From the NCBI GenBank assembly GCA_964016885.1, contig OZ024741.1, positions 251,906,001-251,970,000 of the forward strand: a stretch of DNA of 64,000 nt, written 5' to 3'. Shown here piece after piece: positions 51,786 to 64,000 of this stretch (positions are counted from its first letter, which is position 1; every line of letters starts with the position of its first letter). Both the position numbers and the translations under genes were made by a program. The notes under the pieces were generated by a model, which had not been told where the DNA came from, searched no databases, and saw nothing but the letters and a program-made list of their open reading frames with translations. Origin of the DNA: Eledone cirrhosa (taxonomy: Eukaryota).

Positions 51786-52193
51786 TTGTGTTGGCATGTA
51801 AACAGAACTGCAGACACTATGTTTCTGGATATTACCCGTCATCAGCACAGTTCAATGTTCACCTGCCAACTGTCAGAGCTCGTGAAAATATATGATATAT
51901 TTTCTAAAATATATAGTGACTGATTGGTCTCATTTTTTATTTTTATTTGAATAAGGCAAAGCTGGCCATTAATCGCTCGTATACAGGAAACTGACTGGCC
52001 AGTCTGCTGATATACAAATCTGGCTGATCAGTGGATCTGCTAATATGCAGATCTGACTGATCAGTTACTGTATATTTTAGAAAATATTTATTTCACTAGC
52101 TCTGACAGTTGGCAGATGAACAGTGAACTGTACTGATGACGGGTAATATCCAGAAACATTAGTGTCTGCAGTTCTGTTTATATGATAACACAA
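51786..52193. mobile_element. Fold-back element with a hammerhead in each arm
   Basis: Arms ~51786-51930/52055-52193; HHRs 51805-51853 (-) and 52125-52174 (+). Confidence 0.85.
52125..52174 (+). ncRNA. Type-I hammerhead
   Basis: GAACTGTA-CTGATGA-CGGGT(AAT)ATCCA-GAAAC-ATTAGT-GTC-TGCAGTTC; 8-bp stem I. Confidence 0.82.
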
Positions 52194-52507
52194 GAGCAAG
52201 TATGAGGGGCTCATTCTACTGACATGGCTTTAAAAAAGAGGCTGTTTGCATAATTGCAAATGAATTTAATATTATTATTATTTAATTATGTAATAAACAA
52301 CAATTATTGTGTTGTTTATTACATAATTAAATAGTTCTGTAGCATACATAGAGCACTCTCCCTTCCTTTACCCTTTCTATGGAAATACTTCATATTATTA
52401 TTAATATTCGGATAACTCAAATTGCATTTATTGTATTCAGCCATGTAGAGTGAACATTTTCTTTTTTTTTAATATAAATATATACATATATATTTTTTTA
52501 AATATAA

Positions 52508-52538
<31 letters not shown>

Positions 52539-52637
52539 AGGCATGCTAGCGTGGAAGATGGACCTTAAACGATGATGATGATGATATACATACATATATA
52601 TTGGAAAATATGTGAAATCCTTGGTACAACAGTTAGG

Positions 52638-53011
52638 TATATTTAAAAAAAAGGAAAAGAATAACTTCACTTGTAGCTCTAAACAATTTAATTTAATTTT
52701 ATAATATAATGATTATATAATTCGGTTTTGTAGATCTAGTAAGTTCTTTGTTAATTTCGGTGGGGAGATTTTTAAAGATTCCTAGTTAACTTTCCTTGAG
52801 AACTTTCTTGCATTCGTCGTTTGACAATCACCACCGACGAATGCAAGAAAGTTCTCAAAGTTAACTAGGAATCTTTAAAAATCTCCCCACCGAAGTAAAC
52901 AAAGAACTTACTAGATCTACAAAACAAATTGGTATAATCATAATCTTATAAAATTAAATTAAATTGTTTAGAACTACAAGTGAAGTCATTCTTTTCCTTT
53001 TTTTGAATATA
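52638..53011. repeat. Long imperfect palindrome (~180-bp arms)
   Basis: Centre GCATTCGTCG...CGACGAATGC at ~52810-52845. Confidence 0.9.
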
Positions 53012-53022
53012 CATTTATATAT

Positions 53023-54387
53023 TTGAAAAAGGAGGCCTGGAAATGTCATTATGAGAGGCTGATGAATGTGGAGAACGTGTGGGAGAGAGAGAAACTACCC
53101 CCAGTAGACCTGACAGAAGGACCAGCTATTGAGATTGACGAATATAGGGTCCAAGAGGCAATTAAAGAAATGAAAAATGGCAAGGCCGCTGGACCGTCGG
53201 GGATAGTTGCTGAGATGCTGAAGGCATCAGGAGAAGTAGGTATTAAACTGGTTACATGCATCGTCAATCAAGCTATATAAGGGGATGCTCTGGAGAGGAG
53301 CAATTATAGAGGCATAAAACTGATGGATCAGGTTATGAAAGTGGCAGAAAGGATATTAGCGCAACTAATTAGAGAAAGTGTGAAACTAGATGAGATGCAG
53401 TTTGGTTTTGTGCCTGGGAAAAGTACAACAGATGCGCTCTTCTTAGTGAGACAACTACAAGAGAGGTTCTTAGAGAAGAATAAGCCACTATACTTAGCTT
53501 TTGTTGACCTAGAGAAGGCCTTGATAGGGTACTCCGATCTGTCATCTGGTGGTCCCTAAGGAAACTAGGTGTGGAAGAATGGCTTGTGGGGACAGTGCAA
53601 ACTTTGTACAGAGGTACTCTAAGTAAAGTGAGGGTAGGAGTGGAGTTTAGTGAGGAATTCCAGATACAAGTAGGAGTACATCAGGGTTCGGTCCTCAGCT
53701 GGTCCTGTTCATTATAGTCCTCCAAGCCATAACAGAGGAGTATAAGACTGGCCGCCCATGGGAACTTCTCTATGCTGACGATCTGGTTCTTATAGCAGAA
53801 TCAGTAGAAGTGCTAGAGAATAAATTCTGGCTATGGAAACAGCAGTTGGAATTAAGAGGACTGAGAGTGAACATAGCTAAGACAAAGTTTTGATGAGTAG
53901 TAAAGAGGACAAAACTCTGATTCTTTTAGGGAAATGGCCATGTTCGATATGCAGAAAAGGAACTGGCATAAATTCCATAAAATGTACACGATGCAGATCT
54001 TGGGTACACAAGAGATGTAGAGGGATAGCAGGCAAACTAACAGGTAGGGAAAAATACGTATGCAGTAGATGTACAGGCAAAATTGGCAGTAGTAATCGCA
54101 GTGATAGACACATTTTTCCAATGCAGGTAGATTCTATAGAATTGGTTGATAGCTTCCGGTACCTAGGTGATCAGCTTAGCATGGGATAGGGGTGTTCTGA
54201 GGCCATAGTATCTAGAATAAGGATGGGTTGGGAGAAGTTTAGGGAGCTGCTTCCTCTGCTGACAAAGAAAGGTTTCTCCCTGAGTACGAAAGGCCGGTTA
54301 TATGATGCCTGTGTGAGATGTGCGATGCTGCATGGTAGTGAGACATGGGCAGCAACTGTGGAGGATATGCGACAGCTGGAGAGAAAT
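53023..54387 (+). mobile_element. RTE LINE RT region, decayed
   Basis: GKAAGPSGI, QFGFVPGKSTTDA, FVDLEKA, GVHQGSVLS, LLYADDL, Cys-rich finger, FRYLGD. Confidence 0.95.
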
Positions 54388-54664
54388 CATTAGATAAAAT
54401 ATATACAGTATTTCTTCTCCCAATCAGTATAAATCAACCACACAAAAAATCATTTAAACGAGGCTATAAGTTTCAAATGTACTTATGAAGAAATAATAGA
54501 CAAATGATATAGCTCCTTTTCCGTGACGTACATCTACAAAATATTTACCTAATATTCCTAGTAGCCTGTAGAAATTGACTAGACATATAGTTAACTACAC
54601 GTAATTAGGTACAATATCGAAGTTAGAAGAAAAATTGTACATAAACCTTACCAGAATCTCCATA

Positions 54665-54749
54665 ATCTCTACCACCTGGTGGTTTCGTTCACTTTTTGGA
54701 TATATCCCGTCTTGGATAAATCCTCAAGGCTCAGAACTCATCAGGAGAT
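54665..54749 (-). ncRNA. Intact-core type-I hammerhead with branched loop II (duplicate 57462-57546)
   Basis: ATCTC-CTGATGA-GTTC...GAAC-GAAA-CCAC(CAG)GTGG-TA-GAGAT; all three stems perfectly paired. Confidence 0.88.
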
Positions 54750-55118
54750 ACTTCAGTTGGACTAAGATTTTTCTACCATGATCCCCGCCAGAAATGAATT
54801 CAAAATAGCTAAGAACTATCACGTGGCCAGTGGTCAAGGCAGAAAGTTTGTGATTGGTGCCTGTCGGCAAGTAGGCTGGTTGATAGAAAGTGCAGCCGAA
54901 TACTGCCTAATGTTTTACTCAACCTTACGGGAGTATATATTAAATTTAAGGTTATATATATATATATATAAATATAGGATTACAGAGTCGGGCTAGATAC
55001 AGATCGAACCTTGAGCTGATCAGTGGCGAAACGCGCGTCACCTACCAATAAACGTAATGAAAGAGTAACCACTCGTCCTTGTTTTGATTTTACTATGTAT
55101 ATATGTACATATATATAT

Positions 55119-55277
<159 letters not shown>

Positions 55278-55375
55278 TAGATATATATATGAATTTGTTT
55301 TGCAAGGTTTTTTGATATCAAAAAGCGTGTGTCAAAACAAATACACACACGCAAACACAGAGACGGGGACAAGAA

Positions 55376-55406
<31 letters not shown>

Positions 55407-55469
55407 AATAAAATAAAAATGGCGTAGACATTACAGTACAATACAATACAATGGGAGGAAACATAATAG

Positions 55470-55513
55470 TACCACTGATGATGTTGCAGATGTGCAACGA
55501 AAGAACTTTGATA
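55470..55513 (+). ncRNA. Minimal hammerhead, family C (duplicate 58248-58291)
   Basis: TACCA-CTGATGA-T-GTTGCA(GATG)TGCAAC-GAAA-GAAC-TT-TGATA. Confidence 0.75.
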
Positions 55514-55715
55514 GACTATATATATATATTTATATCTGTATTTTTAACCGTTGGTCAGTCTATGATAAACATTGATTGCCAAATATATTAACTATGGAGA
55601 TATAAAATATATATAAGATACAGAAGCGTACACCAACCAAACAGTGAATGTGTTCTGTTATTATTTCTGGCAATATTATTACAACAATATGACCCTCCCA
55701 AAGTATAATTATATA

Positions 55716-55753
<38 letters not shown>

Positions 55754-55790
55754 TATATATATATGTATATATGTATATATATGTATATAT

Positions 55791-55857
<67 letters not shown>

Positions 55858-56242
55858 ACAACCAACCATGTTACTCTTCTTTCTTTAACTATTATTACTC
55901 CAAGTATAACCTGCATAGAAATTACCGCGAACTCGCGGTCAAACTAAGTCAAACTAAGCCGCACGTTAAAACCATCCACAACACGGAGTACTCTAACTGG
56001 ACTACCTCTAAATGGATCACCTATAACGATAACTTGTTATCCCATATATATATATATAAATATATCCCAGCCAACTTTTCAGGAAGCATGATGGAAGATA
56101 TTTTACTCAAACATTCGATTTTGATTTTAATTTTAAACCTTTCTTTACTGTTACCAACTCTTTTAAATTAACTTTTTTCACTGAATTTGACAAGATGGAT
56201 CTTAATACATTGAAACTGGTAATTTTATCATATACATATACA

Positions 56243-57184
56243 TCTAAGACCGGATGCCCATGGGAACTCCTATATGTGGATGATCTCACACCTATAGCTG
56301 AATTTATGGTTGGAACTAGAGAAGAAATTCCAATTTATGGTGGAACTAGAGAAGCAGAGACTAGAAAGAAAGGGTCTCAAAGTCAACCTGACAAAGACTA
56401 AGGTCCTCGTAAGTAGACGAGAAAACAGAACCCAGATCCCCTCAGGGAAATAGCCTTGCTCAGTATTTGGGAAAGGTGTAGGTAGGAACTCCATCAGCTA
56501 TTGTTCATTATAGTCCTCCAAGCCATAACAGAGGAGTTTGAGACTGGCTGCCCATGGGAACTTCTCTATGCTGATGATCTGGTTCTTATGGCAGAATCAG
56601 TAGAGGTGCTGGAGAATAAATTCTGGCTAAGGAAACAGCAGTTGGAATCAAGAGGACTGAGAGTGAACATAGCTAAGACAAAAGTGTTGATAAGTAGAAG
56701 ATAGGACAATACTCTGATTCCATCAGGGAAATGGCCATGTTCGATAGGTAGGAAAAGAACTGGCATAAATTCCATAAAATGTACACGATGCAGATCTTGG
56801 ATACACAAGAGATGTAGTGGGATAGCAGGCAGACTAACAGGTAGGGAGAAATACGTATGCAGTAGATGTACAGGCAAAATTGGCAGTAGTAATCGCAGTG
56901 ATAGACACACTTTTCCAATGCAGGTTGGTTCTATAGAATTGGTTGATAGCTTCTGGTACCTAGGTGATCAGCTTAGCATGGGATAGGGGTGTTCTGAGGC
57001 CATAGTATCTAGAATAAGGATGGGTTGGAAGAAGTTTAGGGAGCTGCTTCCTCTGCTGACAAAGAAAGGTTTCTCCCTGAGTACGAAAGGCCGGTTATAT
57101 GATGCCTGTGTGAGATGTGCGATGCTGCATGGTAGTGAGACATGGGCAGCAACTGTGGAGGATATGCGACAGCTGGAGAGAAAT
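56243..57184 (+). mobile_element. Two fused RTE RT fragments
   Basis: TGCPWELLYVDDL piece joined at ~56495 to a second TGCPWELLYADDL piece. Confidence 0.9.
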
Positions 57185-57915
57185 CATTAGATAAAATATA
57201 TACAGTATTTCTTCTCCCAATCAGTATAAATCAACCACACAAAAAATCATTTAAACGAGGCTATAAGTTTCAAATGTACTTATGAAGAAATAATAGACAA
57301 ATGATATAGCTCCTTTTCCGTGACGTACATCTACAAAATATTTACCTAATATTCCTAGTAGCCTGTAGAAATTGACTAGACATATAGTTAACTACACGTA
57401 ATTAGGTACAATATCGAAGTTAGAAGAAAAATTGTACATAAACCTTACCAGAATCTCCATAATCTCTACCACCTGGTGGTTTCGTTCACTTTTTGGATAT
57501 ATCCCGTCTTGGATAAATCCTCAAGGCTCAGAACTCATCAGGAGATACTTCAGTTGGACTAAGATTTTTCTACCATGATCCCCGCCAGAAATGAATTCAA
57601 AATAGCTAAGAACTATCACGTGGCCAGTGGTCAAGGCAGAAAGTTTGTGATTGGTGCCTGTCGGCAAGTAGGCTGGTTGATAGAAAGTGCAGCCGAATAC
57701 TGCCTAATGTTTTACTCAACCTTACGGGAGTATATATTAAATTTAAAGGTTATATATATATATATATAAATATAGGATTACAGAGTCGGGCTAGATACAG
57801 ATCGAACCTTGAGCTGATCAGTGGCGAAACGCGCGTCACCTACCAATAAACGTAATGAAAGAGTAACCACTCGTCCTTGTTTTATTTTACTATGTATATA
57901 TGTACATATATATAT

Positions 57916-58052
<137 letters not shown>

Positions 58053-58149
58053 TAGATATATATATGAATTTGTTTTGCAAGGTTTTTGATATCAAAAAGC
58101 GTGTGTCAAAACAAATACACACACGCAAACACAGAGACGGGGACAAGAA

Positions 58150-58184
<35 letters not shown>

Positions 58185-58483
58185 AATAAAATAAAAATGG
58201 CGTAGACATTACAGTACAATACAATACAATGGGAGGAAACATAATAGTACCACTGATGATGTTGCAGATGTGCAACGAAAGAACTTTGATAGACTATATA
58301 TATATATTTATATCTGTATTTTTAACCGTTGGTCAGTCTATGATAAACATTGATTGCCAAATATATTAACTATGGAGATATAAAATATATATAAGATACA
58401 GAAGCGTACACCAACCAAACAGTGAATGTGTTCTGTTATTATTTCTGGCAATATTATTACAACAATATGACCCTCCCAAAGTA

Positions 58484-58534
<51 letters not shown>

Positions 58535-58557
58535 ATATATATATGTATATATGTATA

Positions 58558-58633
<76 letters not shown>

Positions 58634-59017
58634 ACAACCAACCATGTTACTCTTCTTTCTTTAACTATTATTACTCCAAGTATAACCTGCATAGAAATTA
58701 CCGCGAACTCGCGGTCAAACTAAGTCAAACTAAGCCGCACGTTAAAACCATCCACAACACGGAGTACTCTAACTGGACTACCTCTAAATGGATCACCTAT
58801 AACGATAACTTGTTATCCCATATATATATATATAAATATATCCCAGCCAACTTTTCAGGAAGCATGATGGAAGATATTTTACTCAAACATTCGATTTTGA
58901 TTTTAATTTTAAACCTTTCTTTACTGTTACCAACTCTTTTAAATTAACTTTTTTCACTGAATTTGACAAGATGGATCTTAATACATTGAAACTGGTAATT
59001 TTATCATATACATATAC

Positions 59018-60349
59018 ATCTAAGACCGGATGCCCATGGGAACTCCTATATGTGGATGATCTCACACCTATAGCTGAATTTATGGTGGAACTAGAGAAGA
59101 AATTCCAATTTATGGTGGAACTAGAGAAGCAGAGACTAGAAAGAAAGGGTCTCAAAGTCAACCTGACAAAGACTAAGGTCCTCGTAAGTAGACGAGAAAA
59201 CAGAACCCAGATCCCCTCAGGGAAATAGCCTTGCTCAGTATTTGGGAAAGGTGTAGGTAGGAACTCCATCAGCTATTGTTCATTATAGTCCTCCAAGCCA
59301 TAACAGAGGAGTTTGAGACTGGCTGCCCATGGGAACTTCTCTATGCTGATGATCTGGTTCTTATGGCAGAATCAGTAGAGGTGCTGGAGAATAAATTCTG
59401 GCTAAGGAAACAGCAGTTGGAATCAAGAGGACTGAGAGTGAACATAGCTAAGACAAAAGTGTTGATAAGTAGAAGATAGGACAATACTCTGATTCCATCA
59501 GGGAAATGGCCATGTTCGATAGGTAGGAAAAGAACTGGCATAAATTCCATAAAATGTACACGATGCAGATCTTGGATACACAAGAGATGTAGTGGGATAG
59601 CAGGCAGACTAACAGGTAGGGAGAAATACGTATGCAGTAGATGTACAGGCAAAATTGGCAGTAGTAATCGCAGTGATAGACACACTTTTCCAATGCAGGT
59701 TGGTTCTATAGAATTGGTTGATAGCTTCTGGTACCTAGGTGATCAGCTTAGCATGGGATAGGGGTGTTCTGAGGCCATAGTATCTAGAATAAGGATGGGT
59801 TGGAAGAAGTTTAGGGAGCTGCTTCCTCTGATGACAAAGAAAGGTTTCTCCCTGAGTAGGAAAGGTCGGTTATATGATGCCTGTGTGAGATGTGCGATGC
59901 TGCATGGTAGTGAGACATGGGCAGCAACTGTGGAGGATATGCGACAGCTGGAGAGAAATGAAGCAAGCATGCTGCGTTGGATATGTAATGACAATGTACA
60001 TGAAAGACCAAGCATGGATGAATTGAGAGAGAAACTGTGTATAACAGGGATAAGTTGTAGTGTGCGGGAGAGAAGACTGTGATGGTATGGATATGTGATG
60101 CACATGGAGGATGACCGCTGGGTAAAAATGTGCCAAGAAATGCCAGTAGAAGTAAGACGCAGTAGAGGAAGACCACGATAAACATGGGCGGAGGTGGTGA
60201 GAGCAGGCCTCAGATCACTGAAGCTCACGGAGGAGATTACGAAAGACCATGACAAGTGGAGAGATGCTGTGTTGAATAGGATCCATCCCACCCTTGCAAG
60301 CAGGGAAAAGTGGACATAAAAAGATGATGATGATGATGATGATGATGAT
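59018..60349 (+). mobile_element. Fused RTE fragments running to the element 3' end
   Basis: As above, then MLRWIC..RERRL*WYG..RGRPR; CCCTTGCAAGCAGGG, (GAT)n. Confidence 0.92.
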
Positions 60350-61129
60350 CGTGTATATTTATACATATATATACATATATATATATACATATATATATAC
60401 ATATATATACATATATATATATATATACATATATATATGGTGGCTGCCAACTCATTTTCGAGTACGGCCACTACTTTCTATCCATGTAGGAGAACCCCTA
60501 CCGATGCACTGAACGAGTGTGACTTATTAGTCCAGCCAGCAACTTGAAAACTCTGGTACAAACACTACACTTGTGACAATTATTGACACATAGTGCTGGG
60601 CCCATGGTACCATGTGACAACAAGTGCAGAGATCTCTAGATATAAAGCAATGCCTGTGCATTGAAGCTTTTATAGTGAGCAAAGGCACTGCACAAAGCCA
60701 GTCCCACTCTCTTAACCAAGATGATATTTACCAAAAAGAAGAACAAGTCAACATCATTGGATACCATCAGGGTTGCAGGTGTGATATCAGAGTTTTCCTT
60801 CTCTTAGAATTCTGCCTTGCCAAAGGCTAAGGGGTCATCTCTCCCGGTGATTTTGGATGGCCATTGACTCTTAAGAGCTCTTTTGCCCTTTGACAGGTTT
60901 TGTTTTTAGTCCTGCAGGATGTCCAAAGTCACCCTCCTCACCAAGAAACCTTGGTGAGGTTGCCAGTTTAGTCGCCAACGACCCGACCATGAGACAGGTT
61001 GTACTGGGATACATGTTACCATAGCACCAACTGGTGACCTGACATATATATATACATATGTATATACACATATATATACACATATATATACATATATATA
61101 TACATATATATATACATATATCGAAATCC

Positions 61130-61890
61130 ACGTGTTGAAATTGATAAGAGTCCTGGGGATAGACATGAGCGATGATGCATCTTTTTCTTCACACATCATG
61201 AGAGTGGCATGGCGACAATGTGCAGGCGACTCGCTGGCTGGATTATGAGGACTTTCCAGACAAAAGACTGAGGGACCATGTTGATACTCTGAAGGACATT
61301 TGTCCTAATATTCCTGGACTACTGCTCCCAGCTGTGGTCACCCCATAGTATCAAACTGACCACAGAGCTTGAGGCAATCCAACAAAGCTATACCAAGAGG
61401 ATTGCCACATTGAAGATGAGCTACTGGGAGAGACTAAAAGAACTGAAACTCTACTACTTGGAACGAAGATGGAAGGGATATGCAGTGATATACATATGGA
61501 AAATTCTGGAGGGACTAGCACCAAACTTTGGCATTGAGAGCTGGACCAACCCCTGTGGGGTGCGAAATGTCCCGTCTTTCATATCTAGAATAAAGAGCAT
61601 ATATTGCAATAGCCTGTCATTCAAAGGCCCTCAACTCTTCAACAATCTGCCAAGAAATTTGAGATATCTGCATCGTGTGTACATGGATGTTTTCAAGAAA
61701 CATCTTGACACTCTGCTATCCAGGATCCCAGATGAGCCTACAGCATGGTACAAAGGTAACCTTAGGGCAGCAGCAATCGTCTCCCTCTTACACCAATGGC
61801 CAGCTAACACAGGCTGGAGATAGAATGTGTAGCAACAATGGCAGTGTCCCACCATGGCCTCATCTGGATGGCTGGAACAGGTAAAAGAGT
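61130..61890 (+). mobile_element. CR1-type LINE ORF2 C-terminus, decayed
   Basis: LGIDMSDDASFSSHI..GWIMRTF..LDYCSQLWSP..LEAIQ..MSYWERLKELKLY.LERR..IYIWKILEG..GPQLFN.LP. Confidence 0.88.
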
Positions 61891-61922
61891 GATATACATA
61901 TATATATCTATATATCTATATA

Positions 61923-61954
<32 letters not shown>

Positions 61955-61957
<3 letters not shown>

Positions 61958-62122
61958 GTTAGATGGGAATTGTCCCACTTGAGGCAAGATTGGTCAGGTG
62001 ACCGTGTTTCGCTCATATAGGACCATCTGGCAGGTTTTCTATGGCTGGATGCTCTTCCTAACACCAACCACATTTACAGTGTGGACTGTGTGTTTTTTTG
62101 TTGTGACACATACACGACCTCA
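61955..62122 (-). mobile_element. RTE 3' UTR fragment
   Basis: CCCACTTGAGGCAAG..GGATGCTCTTCCTAACACCAACC. Confidence 0.8.
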
Positions 62123-62169
62123 TTAATAATTTGTCACTTAGATAATTTGTCAACATAAATAATTTGTCA

Positions 62170-63698
62170 CTTAGTTCTTTTATGTTTGCCGTTCACGTAT
62201 ATTACTATTATACATCCAACGGAACATGCATGCTTTGTTCCTTTCCAGTCTGCACAGGTCCTCTGCCCACAATGCCCATGTCTCACTGCCATGTAACATT
62301 GCTGTTCGTATACAGGCATCAAACAATCTGCCTTTCATTTTTAGAGGAAACCTTTTGTGGCCAACAGTGGTATAAGCTCTCTGAACTTTTTTCCATCCCG
62401 TTGTGATTCTGGCTACTGTACTTTCAGAGCAGCCTCTACCACTGCTGATTTTGTCACCCAGGTAATGGAAAGTGTCCACTATTTCTATAGAACCATTTGG
62501 GCAATAGAAGGAGCTAGTATCCTGTGGGCACTTGCTACTTATTGCACCTAAGCATCGGCCACATATAAAATCTATGTTCTTAGATAGCTTACCTGTGATC
62601 CCACTACATCTTTTATGCACCCATACTTTGCATTTGGGACATAAAATTGAATTTCTGCCTACTCCTTTCCTACACACTGAGCATGGCCATTTCTCAGAGG
62701 GCACCTGTGCCCTATTTTCCTTTCTACATACTAGAACTTTAGTCTTAGACAAGTTAACTTTATGGCCTTTTGATTCTAGGCAATGCTTCCATGTTCGGAA
62801 TTTCTTCTCTCGTTCAGCCATAGATTCAGCTATGAGAGTTAGATCATCTGTGTATAGAAGTTCCCATGGGCAGCCAGTCTTAAACTCCTCTGTTATAGCC
62901 TGAAGGGCAGTAATAAATAGTAGGGGGCTAAGGACAGAGCTTTGATGAACACCAACTTTTACGCTAAATTCTTCACTATATTCATTGTTAATTCTAACCT
63001 TACTGACTGTTTCTTTATACATGGCTTGTATAGCTCTCACAAGCTATTCATCTACACCTAGTTTTCTAAGAGCCCACCAGATAATGTATTGGGTTCTCTG
63101 TCAAAGGCTTTCTCCAAGTCAACAAAAGCTAAGTATCGGGGTTTACTTTTAGCTAGTTACTTCTGTAGTTGTCGTACAAGGAAAAGAGTGTCTGTGGTAC
63201 TTTTACCTGACACAAACCCAAATTGCATTTCATCTAGATCAATTCGCTCTCTTATTAGTTGTGCTATAACTCTTTCTGTGACCTTCATGACCTGGTCAAC
63301 TAACTTAATGTCCCTATAGTTTCCCCTATCTAGAGCATCTCCTTTACCCTTGTAGTAGTTAATGATGATGCTGTTACGCCAGTCATTTGGTATGACCCAA
63401 TTCTGTATTACTTGGTTTCCTATCCGGGTGACCATAGTATGTCCCACCATTCCAGATGCTTTCAACATCTCAGCAACTATCTCCGAAGGTCCAGCTGCCT
63501 TGCCTGTCTTCATATCTTTGATTGCCTTACTTATTATACTACTTTTAACTTGCACCGCTGGTCCTTCTATTGGATCGATTTGGGGCAAACTATCTTTTTC
63601 CCATTTATTCTCCTCATTTAGTAGTCTCTCGTAGTGACACTTCCAAGCTACCTTCTTATCAGTATCAGTGAGGGCAAGTATGCCATCATCATTACGGA
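62170..63698 (-). mobile_element. RTE LINE RT region, decayed
   Basis: ORFs 63157-63588 and 62180-63040: GKAAGPSEI, QFGF, GVHQSSVLSP, LLYTDDL, Cys-rich finger. Confidence 0.95.
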
Positions 63699-63716
63699 CA
63701 TATATATATATACAAA

Positions 63717-63885
63717 CCTTATTTCCTGGAGCCGAAGACGCTGCTTTTTTCCTAAAATAAGTCTCAAAACTCTACTATGCGTCCTGGAGACCGAAGGTTG
63801 TTTATTATTTTTTTTTTCAAATTTTGGTTGTCAAAATTAGGTAGCGTCCTCGAGAAGGAAGCATCTTCAGCACCGGGAAATACAG
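63717..63885. mobile_element. pogo-like MITE
   Basis: Imperfect TIRs CCTTATTTCCTGGAGCCGAAGACGC / GCATCTTCAGCACCGGGAAATACAG|TA. Confidence 0.7.
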
Positions 63886-63957
63886 TATATGCATATATAT
63901 GTATATACACACATATATATATGTATATATATATATATGTAAACATCTCTCTCTCTC

Positions 63958-63999
<42 letters not shown>

Positions 64000-64000
64000 T

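Overview
Repeat-saturated, AT-rich animal (eukaryotic) DNA; the SINE/LINE repertoire and extreme (TA)n/(CAT)n/(CAC)n load suggest an octopus/cephalopod genome (inference). No intact protein-coding gene is supportable; almost all supplied ORFs are microsatellite translations or decayed TE ORFs. Recognisable TEs: a near-complete DD36E Tc1-like transposon, mariner, pogo, hAT, piggyBac and Helitron derivatives, many RTE LINE pieces (PHD-like finger inside ORF2), CR1 and R4/Dong fragments, three tRNA-SINE families, a Penelope-like (Naiad-type GIY-YIG) element, 11-, 43- and ~148-bp tandem arrays, a ~2.8-kb tandem duplication and a 200-N gap. The main hidden signal is about 20 type-I hammerhead ribozyme (HHR) motifs found by eye, from several unrelated families (including U3-A8 core variants and versions with large loop-II inserts). 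Most lie in short fold-back elements inserted in (TA)n, several of which turn around inside the ribozyme stem II. This suggests a system of ribozyme-bearing, microsatellite-targeting non-autonomous Penelope derivatives. All structures were assigned manually; no folding or database search was run.
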